In this document: piece after piece, positions 29,161 to 38,415 of the stretch
Numbering within the stretch: the stretch's first letter is position 1
How the letters are laid out: every line of letters begins with the position of its first letter
Origin: an uncultured Gammaproteobacteria bacterium
GTDB lineage: Bacteria > Patescibacteriota > Microgenomatia > Levybacterales > UBA12049
Assembly (NCBI GenBank): GCA_964637955.1
Contig: CAZWXQ010000003.1
Span: 159,154 to 223,153 of the forward strand
Direction: 5' to 3'
Length of the DNA: 64,000 nt
Position numbers and translations under genes: made by a program
The notes under the pieces: generated by a model
The model's database searches: none
What the model saw: only the letters and a program-made list of their open reading frames with translations
Told to the model about the DNA's origin: nothing

Positions 29161-30589
29161 TTATTGTTTCCTTTCTTAAAAATAAATAAGTCGAAAATAA
29201 AAATGAAAGACTTAGAAATCCGATAATTAAAACTAGATAGATGTATGGGTTAACAATATTTATTAAATAATTTTTATAGAAAAATGAATTTGGAGCGACT
29301 GTTTCGAGTTGCTTAATCGCATAAACAGGTGAATACCATATTCCGATGTATCCTTCACAAGGACAGGGAAGTAAGGTTCCTGTGAATGCTCCGATAGAGT
29401 TAATAATTATTCCCCAAATAACTGTAATACAGAAAATAAATTCAGCTAATAGTTTTCGAGACGAGTACTTTAAGAAATAAAGTAGAGGCAAGATAAGTAT
29501 AGGAATAGATGCTATTAGATATCTTGGGCCATAGCTCCATCCACCCCAATAATCTTGCCAAATAGAATAAAAAATAATATTTAAAGAAACAATAGAAAGT
29601 AAAGCGATTGAGAGATGCTTATCTCTTTTATATAGATTAAAAAAACCAAAAATTGCTAGAAGTAAGACAGGAGAAAAAATTAATATCCCTCTTTCAGGGC
29701 TTAGCGTTTGTGAAATTAAGCCTGGAAAAAGTCTCCTGTCATCAAATACTCCTTCTGCATTCCAGACCTTTATGGGAATTATGCTAGCCTTAAATCTTGA
29801 TCCTACTGATGAGCCGGAAGATTGGCCAATCTTGAATGGTGAGCCAAATGTGCTTTTATTATATAAAGATATCGCTGATCCAAATACTAGTAGTGGAATT
29901 AATAATAAAAAAATTCCGGAAAACATTTTTTTCTTTGAAGATTTAAAAAGTGAAACTATTATTAATAAAAATAAGGGGAATATGATAATTGCATTTGGAT
30001 AATCAATGGAAATTGAAAGAGCATAAAACAAGCCAAAAAATAAAATCGAAATTAACTTTTTCTTATTATAGAAAATTAGAAAAGATATTAAGCATAAAGT
30101 AATAAATAAAATTGAAAAAATGTGCGACCAGAATCCACCTGCAAATGAATAAATTAAAGTCGATACTCCAAATGAAATGCTTACAATAAATGAAGGTCCA
30201 GCAGAGAAATCTCCAAGTCTTCCTATGATGTAGAATAAGCTTATTGTAAGTGCAGCTATGATTGATATAATTCCAAACTCGAAAATGTACGGTATTTGGG
30301 TTGAGAATTTAAGTGCTATTTTATGAAAAGGAGTCATCATAAAAGACATACCTGCAGGGAACCTGCTGTAATAATGTCCATTTTTAAGACTTAGATCTGG
30401 AGCGGAAAAATCTTTATATTTATCAATACTTAATTTTTTATCTTCTACAATTGCTCGAGTTAATGCATATCTGCCTCTTTCTACTGAAGATACGAAGTTA
30501 TTGCGAATGCTGAGGATATATACAAAAGACATAAATATAAAAATAAATATGAAATATGCTATGTCTTTGGTGTGTTTGTTTTTTATCAT
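29150..30589 (-). CDS. polytopic membrane protein, probable GT-C (type A, copy 2)
   Basis: ERGRYAL, APD..NGHY, SPERG, WGGWSYGPRYL. Confidence 0.7.
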   Translation of the reverse strand: MIKNKHTKDIAYFIFIFIFMSFVYILSIRNNFVSSVERGRYALTRAIVEDKKLSIDKYKDFSAPDLSLKNGHYYSRFPAGMSFMMTPFHKIALKFSTQIPYIFEFGIISIIAALTISLFYIIGRLGDFSAGPSFIVSISFGVSTLIYSFAGGFWSHIFSILFITLCLISFLIFYNKKKLISILFFGLFYALSISIDYPNAIIIFPLFLLIIVSLFKSSKKKMFSGIFLLLIPLLVFGSAISLYNKSTFGSPFKIGQSSGSSVGSRFKASIIPIKVWNAEGVFDDRRLFPGLISQTLSPERGILIFSPVLLLAIFGFFNLYKRDKHLSIALLSIVSLNIIFYSIWQDYWGGWSYGPRYLIASIPILILPLLYFLKYSSRKLLAEFIFCITVIWGIIINSIGAFTGTLLPCPCEGYIGIWYSPVYAIKQLETVAPNSFFYKNYLINIVNPYIYLVLIIGFLSLSFLFSTYLFLRKETINEA

Positions 30590-30595
30590 TAATTA

Positions 30596-32167
30596 CTATG
30601 TATAAATTCTCTGGTCAACAAGATTATTGCCAATATTTTTTTCCGATTGAGCAAGAGAATTGTCATTTTTTAAGTGAAGTCCGTGTTTTGTTTTAGCCCA
30701 GTGATGAGGACGAACTATGGTTTCATATACAGATTTCCAGGCTGCAATACTAATTGCCAACCAATATAGCGGAACAATGAAGGCATACTTGCAAAGATCG
30801 TAGTATCGTCTTTTATAACATCCAAGCATGTAGTAGACAATTTGAACAAAGTTTCCAAAGACTAATGTAAATACTGCTGGATATAGAAGGGGAGCTGGAT
30901 AAAATCCTTCAATCGTAGGCCCGATTTGATTTCTAAAAACAAAATATGACACAGTTATGATCCACATAATAGGATTAATAAGCATAGAAAGGACCTTTGT
31001 CCCTAAAATGACTTGAAAAGTTAAAATATGAGGATTTTTCCATGTGGTAATAAAATCAGAAGGATTTCTCATATGAACTATGTAGGTTTGGATGTAGCCC
31101 TTAATCCAACGAGTTCTTTGCTGAAGCCAATTTGCTACATCGCTATTTGCTTCTTCTAAGGTAACACTTTCCAGAATCCCTGTTCTGTATCCTCGTTTAA
31201 ATAGCCGCATTCCCAAATCGGCATCCTCAGTAACATTAAAAGGATCCCAACCGCCTAGATTACTTAAGTCTTTGGTTCTGAAGTGATTTGATGTTCCGCC
31301 TAGAGGAATTGGAGCTTGAATAGATTGGAGACCTGTTAGGATTAAATCAAACCATAGTGAGTACTCTGCCGTGAATACTCGAGTAAGAATATTTTGGTGA
31401 GGATTATAGAAATTTAGCTTAGCTTGAAGACAAATTATGTTCGGATTAATTTTAGAAAAAGCTGCGACTGACTTCTTTAGCTGAAGAGGATCTGGAACAT
31501 CTTCGGCATCATAGATTACGCAATATTCACCCCTTGCTCTAGGTAGGGCATAGTTCATGGCTTTTGGCTTTGTTTTAGGAAGTGAGTTTGGAACCGTAAC
31601 GATTTCAAAAAAATTTGGCAATGACATTTTACCTATTTGAGTAATAGTTTCAATATCATCATCTTCTAGGATTAATAAAATCTGGAGTTTTTCCTTAGGA
31701 TAATTAAGACGCGTCATAGCTGAAATGAATTGACCTAAGACAGCTCCCTCTTTATATACAGGACAAAGCACAGTATAGACTGGTAAGTTTTCATCAATCT
31801 GTTTTATTTCTTCAGGGGAAATTTTTATAATCCCCTTTTTTACAAAACTTCTGCAGATAAGGAAAAAATTAAACAAAAGATCTAAGAAATAAATTATTGT
31901 AATAATTATTACAAGAATCTGAGCAGTATATCTCCAGTTAAGTATAAGAAAAAAAGTAAGTATCGAAAAAAAGAGAAGTAGAAATATTTTTTGAGCTTTT
32001 GAAAATAAAAAATTAGCACTTTCATTCTTTCTCATGGTTGAGATTTGAATGTGGTTTTTTATTTTATTGGGGAACTTAAATTCTTTAAGAATCTCATCAG
32101 AAGAAACCCATCTCAGGGCAGAGTTATTTTTAGTCTTCTTATGTTTTTTGTGATTATCTTCTTCCAT
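30596..32167 (-). CDS. membrane processive GT2 synthase (stand-alone paralog of the central domain of 13734..17345)
   Basis: PKTKPKAMNY, YDAED, GGTSNHF, TEDADLG, QRTRW, WAKTKHG. Confidence 0.92.
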   Translation of the reverse strand: MEEDNHKKHKKTKNNSALRWVSSDEILKEFKFPNKIKNHIQISTMRKNESANFLFSKAQKIFLLLFFSILTFFLILNWRYTAQILVIIITIIYFLDLLFNFFLICRSFVKKGIIKISPEEIKQIDENLPVYTVLCPVYKEGAVLGQFISAMTRLNYPKEKLQILLILEDDDIETITQIGKMSLPNFFEIVTVPNSLPKTKPKAMNYALPRARGEYCVIYDAEDVPDPLQLKKSVAAFSKINPNIICLQAKLNFYNPHQNILTRVFTAEYSLWFDLILTGLQSIQAPIPLGGTSNHFRTKDLSNLGGWDPFNVTEDADLGMRLFKRGYRTGILESVTLEEANSDVANWLQQRTRWIKGYIQTYIVHMRNPSDFITTWKNPHILTFQVILGTKVLSMLINPIMWIITVSYFVFRNQIGPTIEGFYPAPLLYPAVFTLVFGNFVQIVYYMLGCYKRRYYDLCKYAFIVPLYWLAISIAAWKSVYETIVRPHHWAKTKHGLHLKNDNSLAQSEKNIGNNLVDQRIYT

Positions 32168-32336
32168 CTTAAGTTAATTGCAATATGATTAATTCAATAT
32201 AAATTCATTAGCTTAGCTTAAGAGATATATTTATACGGAGCATTTATTATAAAGCAGTATAATTTAGTATGTAAAGCTTAGTTGTGTAAGAATTTTGTAA
32301 AATTATCATTAGACGCTTTGGTCTAAGCATTTAGCC

Positions 32337-32409
32337 TTGACTTTGTGCCTCCGCTTATATATAATCTTGACTCAGATTTAAACTGCCTCAAATTGCCTCA
32401 ATTTAAATC
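32337..32409 (+). promoter_or_regulatory. sigma70 promoter and structured leader of the RND operon
   Basis: TTGACT-17 bp-TATAAT (32337-32365); GATTTAAA/TTTAAATC inverted repeat enclosing two TGCCTCAA copies. Confidence 0.65.
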
Positions 32410-32425
32410 AGAAAGCATCTTTTTT

Positions 32426-33928
32426 ATGAATTTTATAAATAGATTAAATAGAGATTTTAGAGAAAATAGAATTAAATCAACTAAGAAGGTTAATTCTTTA
32501 GCAAATAGTGCAAATAGTCATAGAAAATCAATCTACGATAAATCTATGAAAACTGCAGGAAAGCATCCTATTGCTAGTTTTTTAGTTCTTTTAGGTTCAC
32601 TTTTACTTTTAATAATACTTAGCAATTTCCTGGTTAAACCAAAAGTTACCGTAGAAGAAACAGCACTTCCAACAAAAAATGTAGTAGTATATTCAATCGG
32701 TGAATCTCCAAAAGTTACACTCCAAGCCCAGGTTGAGAAATCAGGCGTTATTAAAGTAGTTGCACTGGGTTCTGGTGTAGTCCAGTCAATAAATGCTCAA
32801 GTTGGACAAGATGTTGCTCAGGGAACAACCTTAGTCTCAATGTCTACAAATTATCAAGGAGGAAATGCTTTTTCAGTTCAAAGACAACTCGCTCAAGTTT
32901 CATATAAAAATGCAGTTGATACATATGATGCTAATAAAGATATTATCGCAAAGCAAAAAGAAGTTGCACAAAAGAGTAATGAAAGCGCAGATAAACTTCG
33001 AGAAATTAATGCAAATTCAATTGATGATACTCAAAACTTAATTAATCTAAATAATGATATGCTTACATCTTTATCAGTTGCACAGGAAGAACTTAAAGCA
33101 ACCAATGTTGATGGAAGTAATGACGCATTAATTATGCAAAATCAACAAATGCAAAATCAGTTAAAATCAGCAAACGCTCAGCTTCAATCTAGCGTTGATA
33201 CGCTTCAATATACAACAAGTGACACTAACGCTCCCGCCCAAATCGCAGATATTACAAAAGACATAACAATAAAGCAGTTAGAACTTCAAGAAAAAGCTTT
33301 GAATTTAAATAAAGAAGTTACAAGATTAAATCTTCAGCTTGCTCAAATTACAGAAGCGCTTATGTATCCTTCATCTCCAATCGCAGGAACAGTTGAGAGA
33401 ATTTATGTAAAAGAGGGGCAAGCGATAAATCCTGGAACACCAATTATGCAAATTAGTGGAGCAAGCGATAGTCTAATTGCGGTAGTTCCAATGAGTAAAG
33501 ATATGGCAACTGGAGTTTCTAAAAATTTAGTAAGTACACTTCATATTGGTAATAAAATATTTCAGTCAGTTCCATTTTATGTAAGTAGTGATGCAACTGA
33601 TGGAAGTCTATTTACCGCGCAGTATCAAATACCTCAGGAATACGCATCCTTAGTGACAGATAAATCATATATTGTTATTGAAATTCCAATTTCTTATGCA
33701 AGTACGGGAAGTACGGTACCATTTATTCCATTAGATAGTGTATTCCAGACTCAGGACGCATCCTACGTTTTTATCGTTAAGAATGGTGAAGCTAAATCAA
33801 AACGAATAATTTTAGGCCAAGTAATCGGAAGTTTTGTTGAAGTTAAAAAGGGACTCGAGAACGGAGATCAAGTAATACTTAATAGAAATGTAATTGACGG
33901 AGATCCTGTAAAAGTCACGAATAATTAA
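32426..33928 (+). CDS. RND efflux membrane fusion (adaptor) protein
   Basis: TM, split lipoyl halves (SGVVQSINAQVGQDV; SPIAGTVERIYVKEGQ), long coiled coil, VEVKKGLENGDQVI; start moved to ATG 32426 downstream of the promoter. Confidence 0.88.
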   Translation: MNFINRLNRDFRENRIKSTKKVNSLANSANSHRKSIYDKSMKTAGKHPIASFLVLLGSLLLLIILSNFLVKPKVTVEETALPTKNVVVYSIGESPKVTLQAQVEKSGVIKVVALGSGVVQSINAQVGQDVAQGTTLVSMSTNYQGGNAFSVQRQLAQVSYKNAVDTYDANKDIIAKQKEVAQKSNESADKLREINANSIDDTQNLINLNNDMLTSLSVAQEELKATNVDGSNDALIMQNQQMQNQLKSANAQLQSSVDTLQYTTSDTNAPAQIADITKDITIKQLELQEKALNLNKEVTRLNLQLAQITEALMYPSSPIAGTVERIYVKEGQAINPGTPIMQISGASDSLIAVVPMSKDMATGVSKNLVSTLHIGNKIFQSVPFYVSSDATDGSLFTAQYQIPQEYASLVTDKSYIVIEIPISYASTGSTVPFIPLDSVFQTQDASYVFIVKNGEAKSKRIILGQVIGSFVEVKKGLENGDQVILNRNVIDGDPVKVTNN

Positions 33929-36900
33929 TGAAACATGCATCATATCTCTCACATCTTTTCTTTGATAAAAAGCTAGAAAATTCGATTCAAGCTAAGTATC
34001 TTCGTAATCCAAGATTATTAGTTCTTCTATTAATTATAATTGTCACTTTTGGAATTTATAGTTATATAAATCTACCAAGGCGACTTAATCCTGAAATTAA
34101 AATTCCTTATGTAGTTGTAAGTACAGTTCTACCTGGAGCCAGTGCAAGTGATGTTGAGACTCTTGTGACAAATCCAATTGAAGACGCTGTGGGTGGAATT
34201 CAAAATATCGATACATATACTTCAAGTTCAAGAGATTCGGTTTCTGTTGTTCAAATTCAATTTAAAACTGGAATTGATGCTGATAAGGCTACAGCTGATG
34301 TAAAGAGCGCAGTTGATGGTGTAGCTCTTCCAGCAGATGCTCAAAAGCCAAGTGTAAGTAAAGTTGATTTTGAACAGTTTCCGGTTTGGTCTTTCTCGTT
34401 AACAAGTAAAAATAACGACGCCGCATCCCTTATTACTTTTTCTAAACAACTTCATGAAGCACTTGAGGCAGTGCCAACTGTTGATGATGTCAATGTCGCA
34501 GGCTTAGAGGAGCAGGAGATTCAAATTGTTGTTAAACCTGAGGCAATGACAACTTACGGATTTAATCCACAAGTTTTATTTGGTGAGCTAAGTAATGCAA
34601 CTAAGTCTTTCCCATCAGGTGTTGTGAGATCAGATGGATCTAGTTTTACTCTTAGCGTTGATCCAGCCGTTTCAAACATAGAAGACATTAGGCAAACTAA
34701 AATAAATTTGAATGGATCAATCATTCCATTGTCTGATATTGCTGTAGTTTCAGAAAAATCGAAACCTTCACAAGCCCAAAGTTTTATTAGTCACACAAAT
34801 GGAAACATTGAGCAGTCAGTAACTTTCTCAGTATTTAAAGCTGAAAATGCAGATATTAGTAAGACTGTAAAAGACGCAGAAAAAGTAACTGATACTTTGG
34901 TAAGTCGTTACGGCGATGAATTTAATGTTTCAACGATAACTGATGTTTCAGAGCAAATTGATGAACAGTTTAGAGAACTAGTTCGTGATTTTCTAATGAC
35001 GGTAGTTTTAGTATTCATTGCTCTACTTATTTTCTTAGGAATAAGACAAGCAGTGGTAGCTTCAATTTCAATTCCAATTACTTTCTTAATAAGCTTTAGT
35101 ATCATGTATGTTTTTGGAGTTTCACTTTCTTTTATTGCATATTTTTCTCTTCTTTTAGCTCTAGGACTTTTGGTTGATGACACGATTGTGGTTATTTCAG
35201 CAATGACCTCATATTATAGATCTGGTAAATTTACTCCATATCAAACAGGTCTACTTGTTTGGAAAGATTTTATTACTCCAATTTTAACTACAACTTTAAC
35301 AACAGTATGGGCGTTTATACCACTTCTTTTGTCGACTGGAATAATTGGAGAATTTATAAAACCAATTCCAATTGTAGTTTCATCAACATTACTAGCTTCA
35401 TTTTTCGTAGCTATGTTTATTACGCTTCCAATTATTTCTTACTTACTTAAGCCAACACTTCCAAAACGCGTAAAAGTATTAATTTCAATATTAACAATCG
35501 GAGTATTAATTGGGATAATTGTAGCTGTTTCACCAAAAACTCCGATCGTAATTCCTCAGATAATTATTTTTGCCGTATTAATATTCTTAGTCTTTAAATT
35601 AAAAGATGTATATAAAGCTAGATTTAATAAATCTGTAGGTACAACAACTAAAAAATATCATAATTATTTTGATCAGGGCTTCATAAGTTTTGAAGGAATT
35701 TCCATGAGATATCAATCTTTTATTGGAAAGATTTTGTCTAGCAAAAAATCAATGAGAATTACAGTTGCAATCGTTGTGATATTTTCAGTGTTTTCATATC
35801 TCTTGGTGCCTCTAGGATTCGTTAAGAACGAATTCTTTCCCAAGACTGATTCTGACTCACTAACTATTTCAGTAGAGCTTCCTGCAGGAACTAATATAGA
35901 GAGCAGTAAAAATGAAGCTTTATTGTTATTTAAAAAGTTACAAAATAACCCTGATGTAAAAATTGTATCTCTTGATTTAGGCGCAGCTAGTGGATCGTTT
36001 GGAGGATCCCAAAGTTCAGGATCAAATAGTTTCTTAATAACTTTAGTACTCAATCAGAAAAATAGTTCTGAGGTAGCCCAAAACATTAGAAATGAATTTA
36101 AAAATTACTCAGTAGGTAAGTTTTCAATTAATGAAGATTCAGGTGGACCTCCAGCAGGAAGTGATGTTCAAATAAACTTCTCAGGTGAAGATTTAGGTAA
36201 TCTAGATGAAATTGCAAATAATACGCAAAAATATTTAGAATCAATTCCTGGAGTAACAAATATTGATAAATCTATTAAGCCCGGAACAAGTAAAGTGATT
36301 TTTGTACCAAACAAGCAGATTCTTTCAGACAATGGAATTACATTTGATCAAATTGCACTTTTACTTAGAACATTTGCGAGTGGAACAAAAATTAGTACTG
36401 TAAAAATTAGCACAGTAAATAATACTGAGCAAGATTTAACGCTTAGATTTTCATCAGGAACTCAATTTGTTGATGACATAGGGTCTCTTAATTTGGTAAA
36501 TCTATCGGGTCAAATAGTGCCACTTCTTTCTCTTGGAGAGATGAAGCTTGAATCTAGTCCAACAGTTATAAATCACGAAAAGGGGGACAGAACTATTTCT
36601 GTAACTGCAAGCGTAACTAAAGGGACATCGGTTCAGGATGTAAATAAGCAGGTTGAAAGTTATGCTAAGACTTTAAATCTTCCTTCAGGATATTCTTGGA
36701 AAACAGGTGGAGTTAATGAAGAAAATCAAAAATCAGTAAACTCAATTCTTATTGCGATGCTTTTGTCAGTAATTCTAATTTTAACAACGATGGTTCTTCA
36801 GTTCCAATCATTTAGAAAAGCTTTCATTGTTATTTTAGTAATTCCACTTTCAATTTCTGGAGTATTTATTGTGTTCTCACTTACTCATACGCCGCTTTCA

Positions 36901-37233
36901 TTCCCAGCAATGATTGGAGTTTTAGCTTTATTTGGAATTGTTGTTAAGAATTCGATTCTTATCGTAGATAAGATTCAGGCTAATGAAAAAACAGAAATGG
37001 ACTTTATTGATGGAGTTGCTGAAGGTGCAGCAAGTAGATTAGAACCTATTGCCCTAACTTCTCTTACAGCAATTCTAGGTTTAATTCCAATTACATTGTC
37101 GGATCCGTTATGGAGAGGTCTTGGAGGCGCAATTATTTCAGGATTAGCATTTTCAGGAACAATCATGCTTTTCTTTATCCCAGTAGTTTACTACATGATT
37201 TTCAATTCTAGTCAAAAAGAGAAGATAAAATAG
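33928..37233 (+). CDS. RND permease (AcrB/SwrC family)
   Basis: PGASASDVETLVTNPIE, GLLVDDTIVV, GEFIKP, GIVVKNSIL, RLEPIALT. Confidence 0.95.
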   Translation: MKHASYLSHLFFDKKLENSIQAKYLRNPRLLVLLLIIIVTFGIYSYINLPRRLNPEIKIPYVVVSTVLPGASASDVETLVTNPIEDAVGGIQNIDTYTSSSRDSVSVVQIQFKTGIDADKATADVKSAVDGVALPADAQKPSVSKVDFEQFPVWSFSLTSKNNDAASLITFSKQLHEALEAVPTVDDVNVAGLEEQEIQIVVKPEAMTTYGFNPQVLFGELSNATKSFPSGVVRSDGSSFTLSVDPAVSNIEDIRQTKINLNGSIIPLSDIAVVSEKSKPSQAQSFISHTNGNIEQSVTFSVFKAENADISKTVKDAEKVTDTLVSRYGDEFNVSTITDVSEQIDEQFRELVRDFLMTVVLVFIALLIFLGIRQAVVASISIPITFLISFSIMYVFGVSLSFIAYFSLLLALGLLVDDTIVVISAMTSYYRSGKFTPYQTGLLVWKDFITPILTTTLTTVWAFIPLLLSTGIIGEFIKPIPIVVSSTLLASFFVAMFITLPIISYLLKPTLPKRVKVLISILTIGVLIGIIVAVSPKTPIVIPQIIIFAVLIFLVFKLKDVYKARFNKSVGTTTKKYHNYFDQGFISFEGISMRYQSFIGKILSSKKSMRITVAIVVIFSVFSYLLVPLGFVKNEFFPKTDSDSLTISVELPAGTNIESSKNEALLLFKKLQNNPDVKIVSLDLGAASGSFGGSQSSGSNSFLITLVLNQKNSSEVAQNIRNEFKNYSVGKFSINEDSGGPPAGSDVQINFSGEDLGNLDEIANNTQKYLESIPGVTNIDKSIKPGTSKVIFVPNKQILSDNGITFDQIALLLRTFASGTKISTVKISTVNNTEQDLTLRFSSGTQFVDDIGSLNLVNLSGQIVPLLSLGEMKLESSPTVINHEKGDRTISVTASVTKGTSVQDVNKQVESYAKTLNLPSGYSWKTGGVNEENQKSVNSILIAMLLSVILILTTMVLQFQSFRKAFIVILVIPLSISGVFIVFSLTHTPLSFPAMIGVLALFGIVVKNSILIVDKIQANEKTEMDFIDGVAEGAASRLEPIALTSLTAILGLIPITLSDPLWRGLGGAIISGLAFSGTIMLFFIPVVYYMIFNSSQKEKIK

Positions 37234-37654
37234 ATTGAATTGAATCAATTTTTTCTTTTACCTCTTCAATTAAATTTTCTACTTGGTTAGTTTTTTCTTC
37301 AATTTCTTTTGCTTCATTTATTGGTGTCGGTTTTGAAGTCATTGTTGGGGAGTTTGAATCGGTCGAGGAAGGTGAAGTATTTTTTGGAGCGCTTGAAACT
37401 GAAACTCCATTTACTTTGATTTCAGATTCTCCGTTTTCTGATTTAACACTTACATCTCCTGGTTTATCTGATTCATAATGTGTAACTTTGCCATTTGTTT
37501 CGACTGTAATATCAGTGTGAGAAGTTGTTTGAGAGGTGGAATTTGAGGATGAGTTTACATTGTTGTGAATGTCTACATTAGCTGAAGATATTGCTAAAGC
37601 ATTCGGAGTAAATATTATTGATATCGAGAAGATTGTAAATAATAATTTTTTCAT
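37208..37654 (-). CDS. secreted Ser/Thr-rich hypothetical protein
   Basis: Signal peptide (NALA/IS), S/T/P-rich linker, C-terminal helix; own extended -10 7 nt upstream. Confidence 0.7.
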   Translation of the reverse strand: MKKLLFTIFSISIIFTPNALAISSANVDIHNNVNSSSNSTSQTTSHTDITVETNGKVTHYESDKPGDVSVKSENGESEIKVNGVSVSSAPKNTSPSSTDSNSPTMTSKPTPINEAKEIEEKTNQVENLIEEVKEKIDSIQSILSSLFD

Positions 37655-37710
37655 GGACTAAAATTATATCACATGTTGAAAAGCATAAAAATTTGTTATA
37701 ATATTTTTCC

Positions 37711-38361
37711 ATGAATAGTAAGCTTGTGATCTTCGTGATCGCATGTGCATTAGGAGTAGGAGCAATTCTAGTCTTTGCAAAAAATAATATGAATACGAAC
37801 AACCCAACAGATCAAGTTCAAGGTGCTACAAGTTTTTCAGATTCCGCTTCTGGAGCTCCTAGTCCAGTTTCAAATCAGCTTGGTGGGACAACTCAGGTAG
37901 CAGCAGGTACCCAAAATCAAACCCAACAACAGCCAGCAGGTTCTCAGAGTCAGGGTCAGGCTCAAGTCCAAACACAGGTTCAAGGACAGGCTCAGGGATC
38001 AGCTCAGGCTTCAGATCCGCTACCAACAGGTCCTATTACAGAATTAATGATTAAAGATAGAGTGATGGGTAGTGGGGCTGAAGTAAAAAGTGGAGATACT
38101 GTTGACGTTAACTATCTTGGCACATTTTTAGATGGTCAAAAATTTGATTCTTCATATGACAGAGGTCAGCCTTTTAGCTTTACAGTTGGCGCTGGAAATG
38201 TAATTAAAGGTTGGGATCAAGGTCTCGTTGGCATGAAAGTTGGTGGAAAAAGACAATTAATAATTCCTTCAGATTTGGCCTATGGCGCTGGTGGTGCACC
38301 AGGTGCAATTCCTCCGAATACTCCCCTAGCATTTGAAATAGAGCTTGTAGCTATTAAATAA
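37711..38361 (+). CDS. FKBP-type peptidyl-prolyl isomerase with membrane anchor and Gln-rich linker
   Basis: KFDSSYDRGQPF, VIKGWDQGL, IPSDLAYG, IPPNTPLAFEIEL. Confidence 0.95.
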   Translation: MNSKLVIFVIACALGVGAILVFAKNNMNTNNPTDQVQGATSFSDSASGAPSPVSNQLGGTTQVAAGTQNQTQQQPAGSQSQGQAQVQTQVQGQAQGSAQASDPLPTGPITELMIKDRVMGSGAEVKSGDTVDVNYLGTFLDGQKFDSSYDRGQPFSFTVGAGNVIKGWDQGLVGMKVGGKRQLIIPSDLAYGAGGAPGAIPPNTPLAFEIELVAIK

Positions 38362-38415
38362 TTTAATAGTGTATACATCTTTTAATTAACTCCATTTTTA
38401 GATACAATTAGCTTT

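Noticed and set aside
32345-32425. Upstream ORF extensions in the track (also 2959, 9911, 19163, 26758, 53107, 53387, 56415)
   Set aside because: They overlap promoters or upstream genes; downstream ATGs fit better
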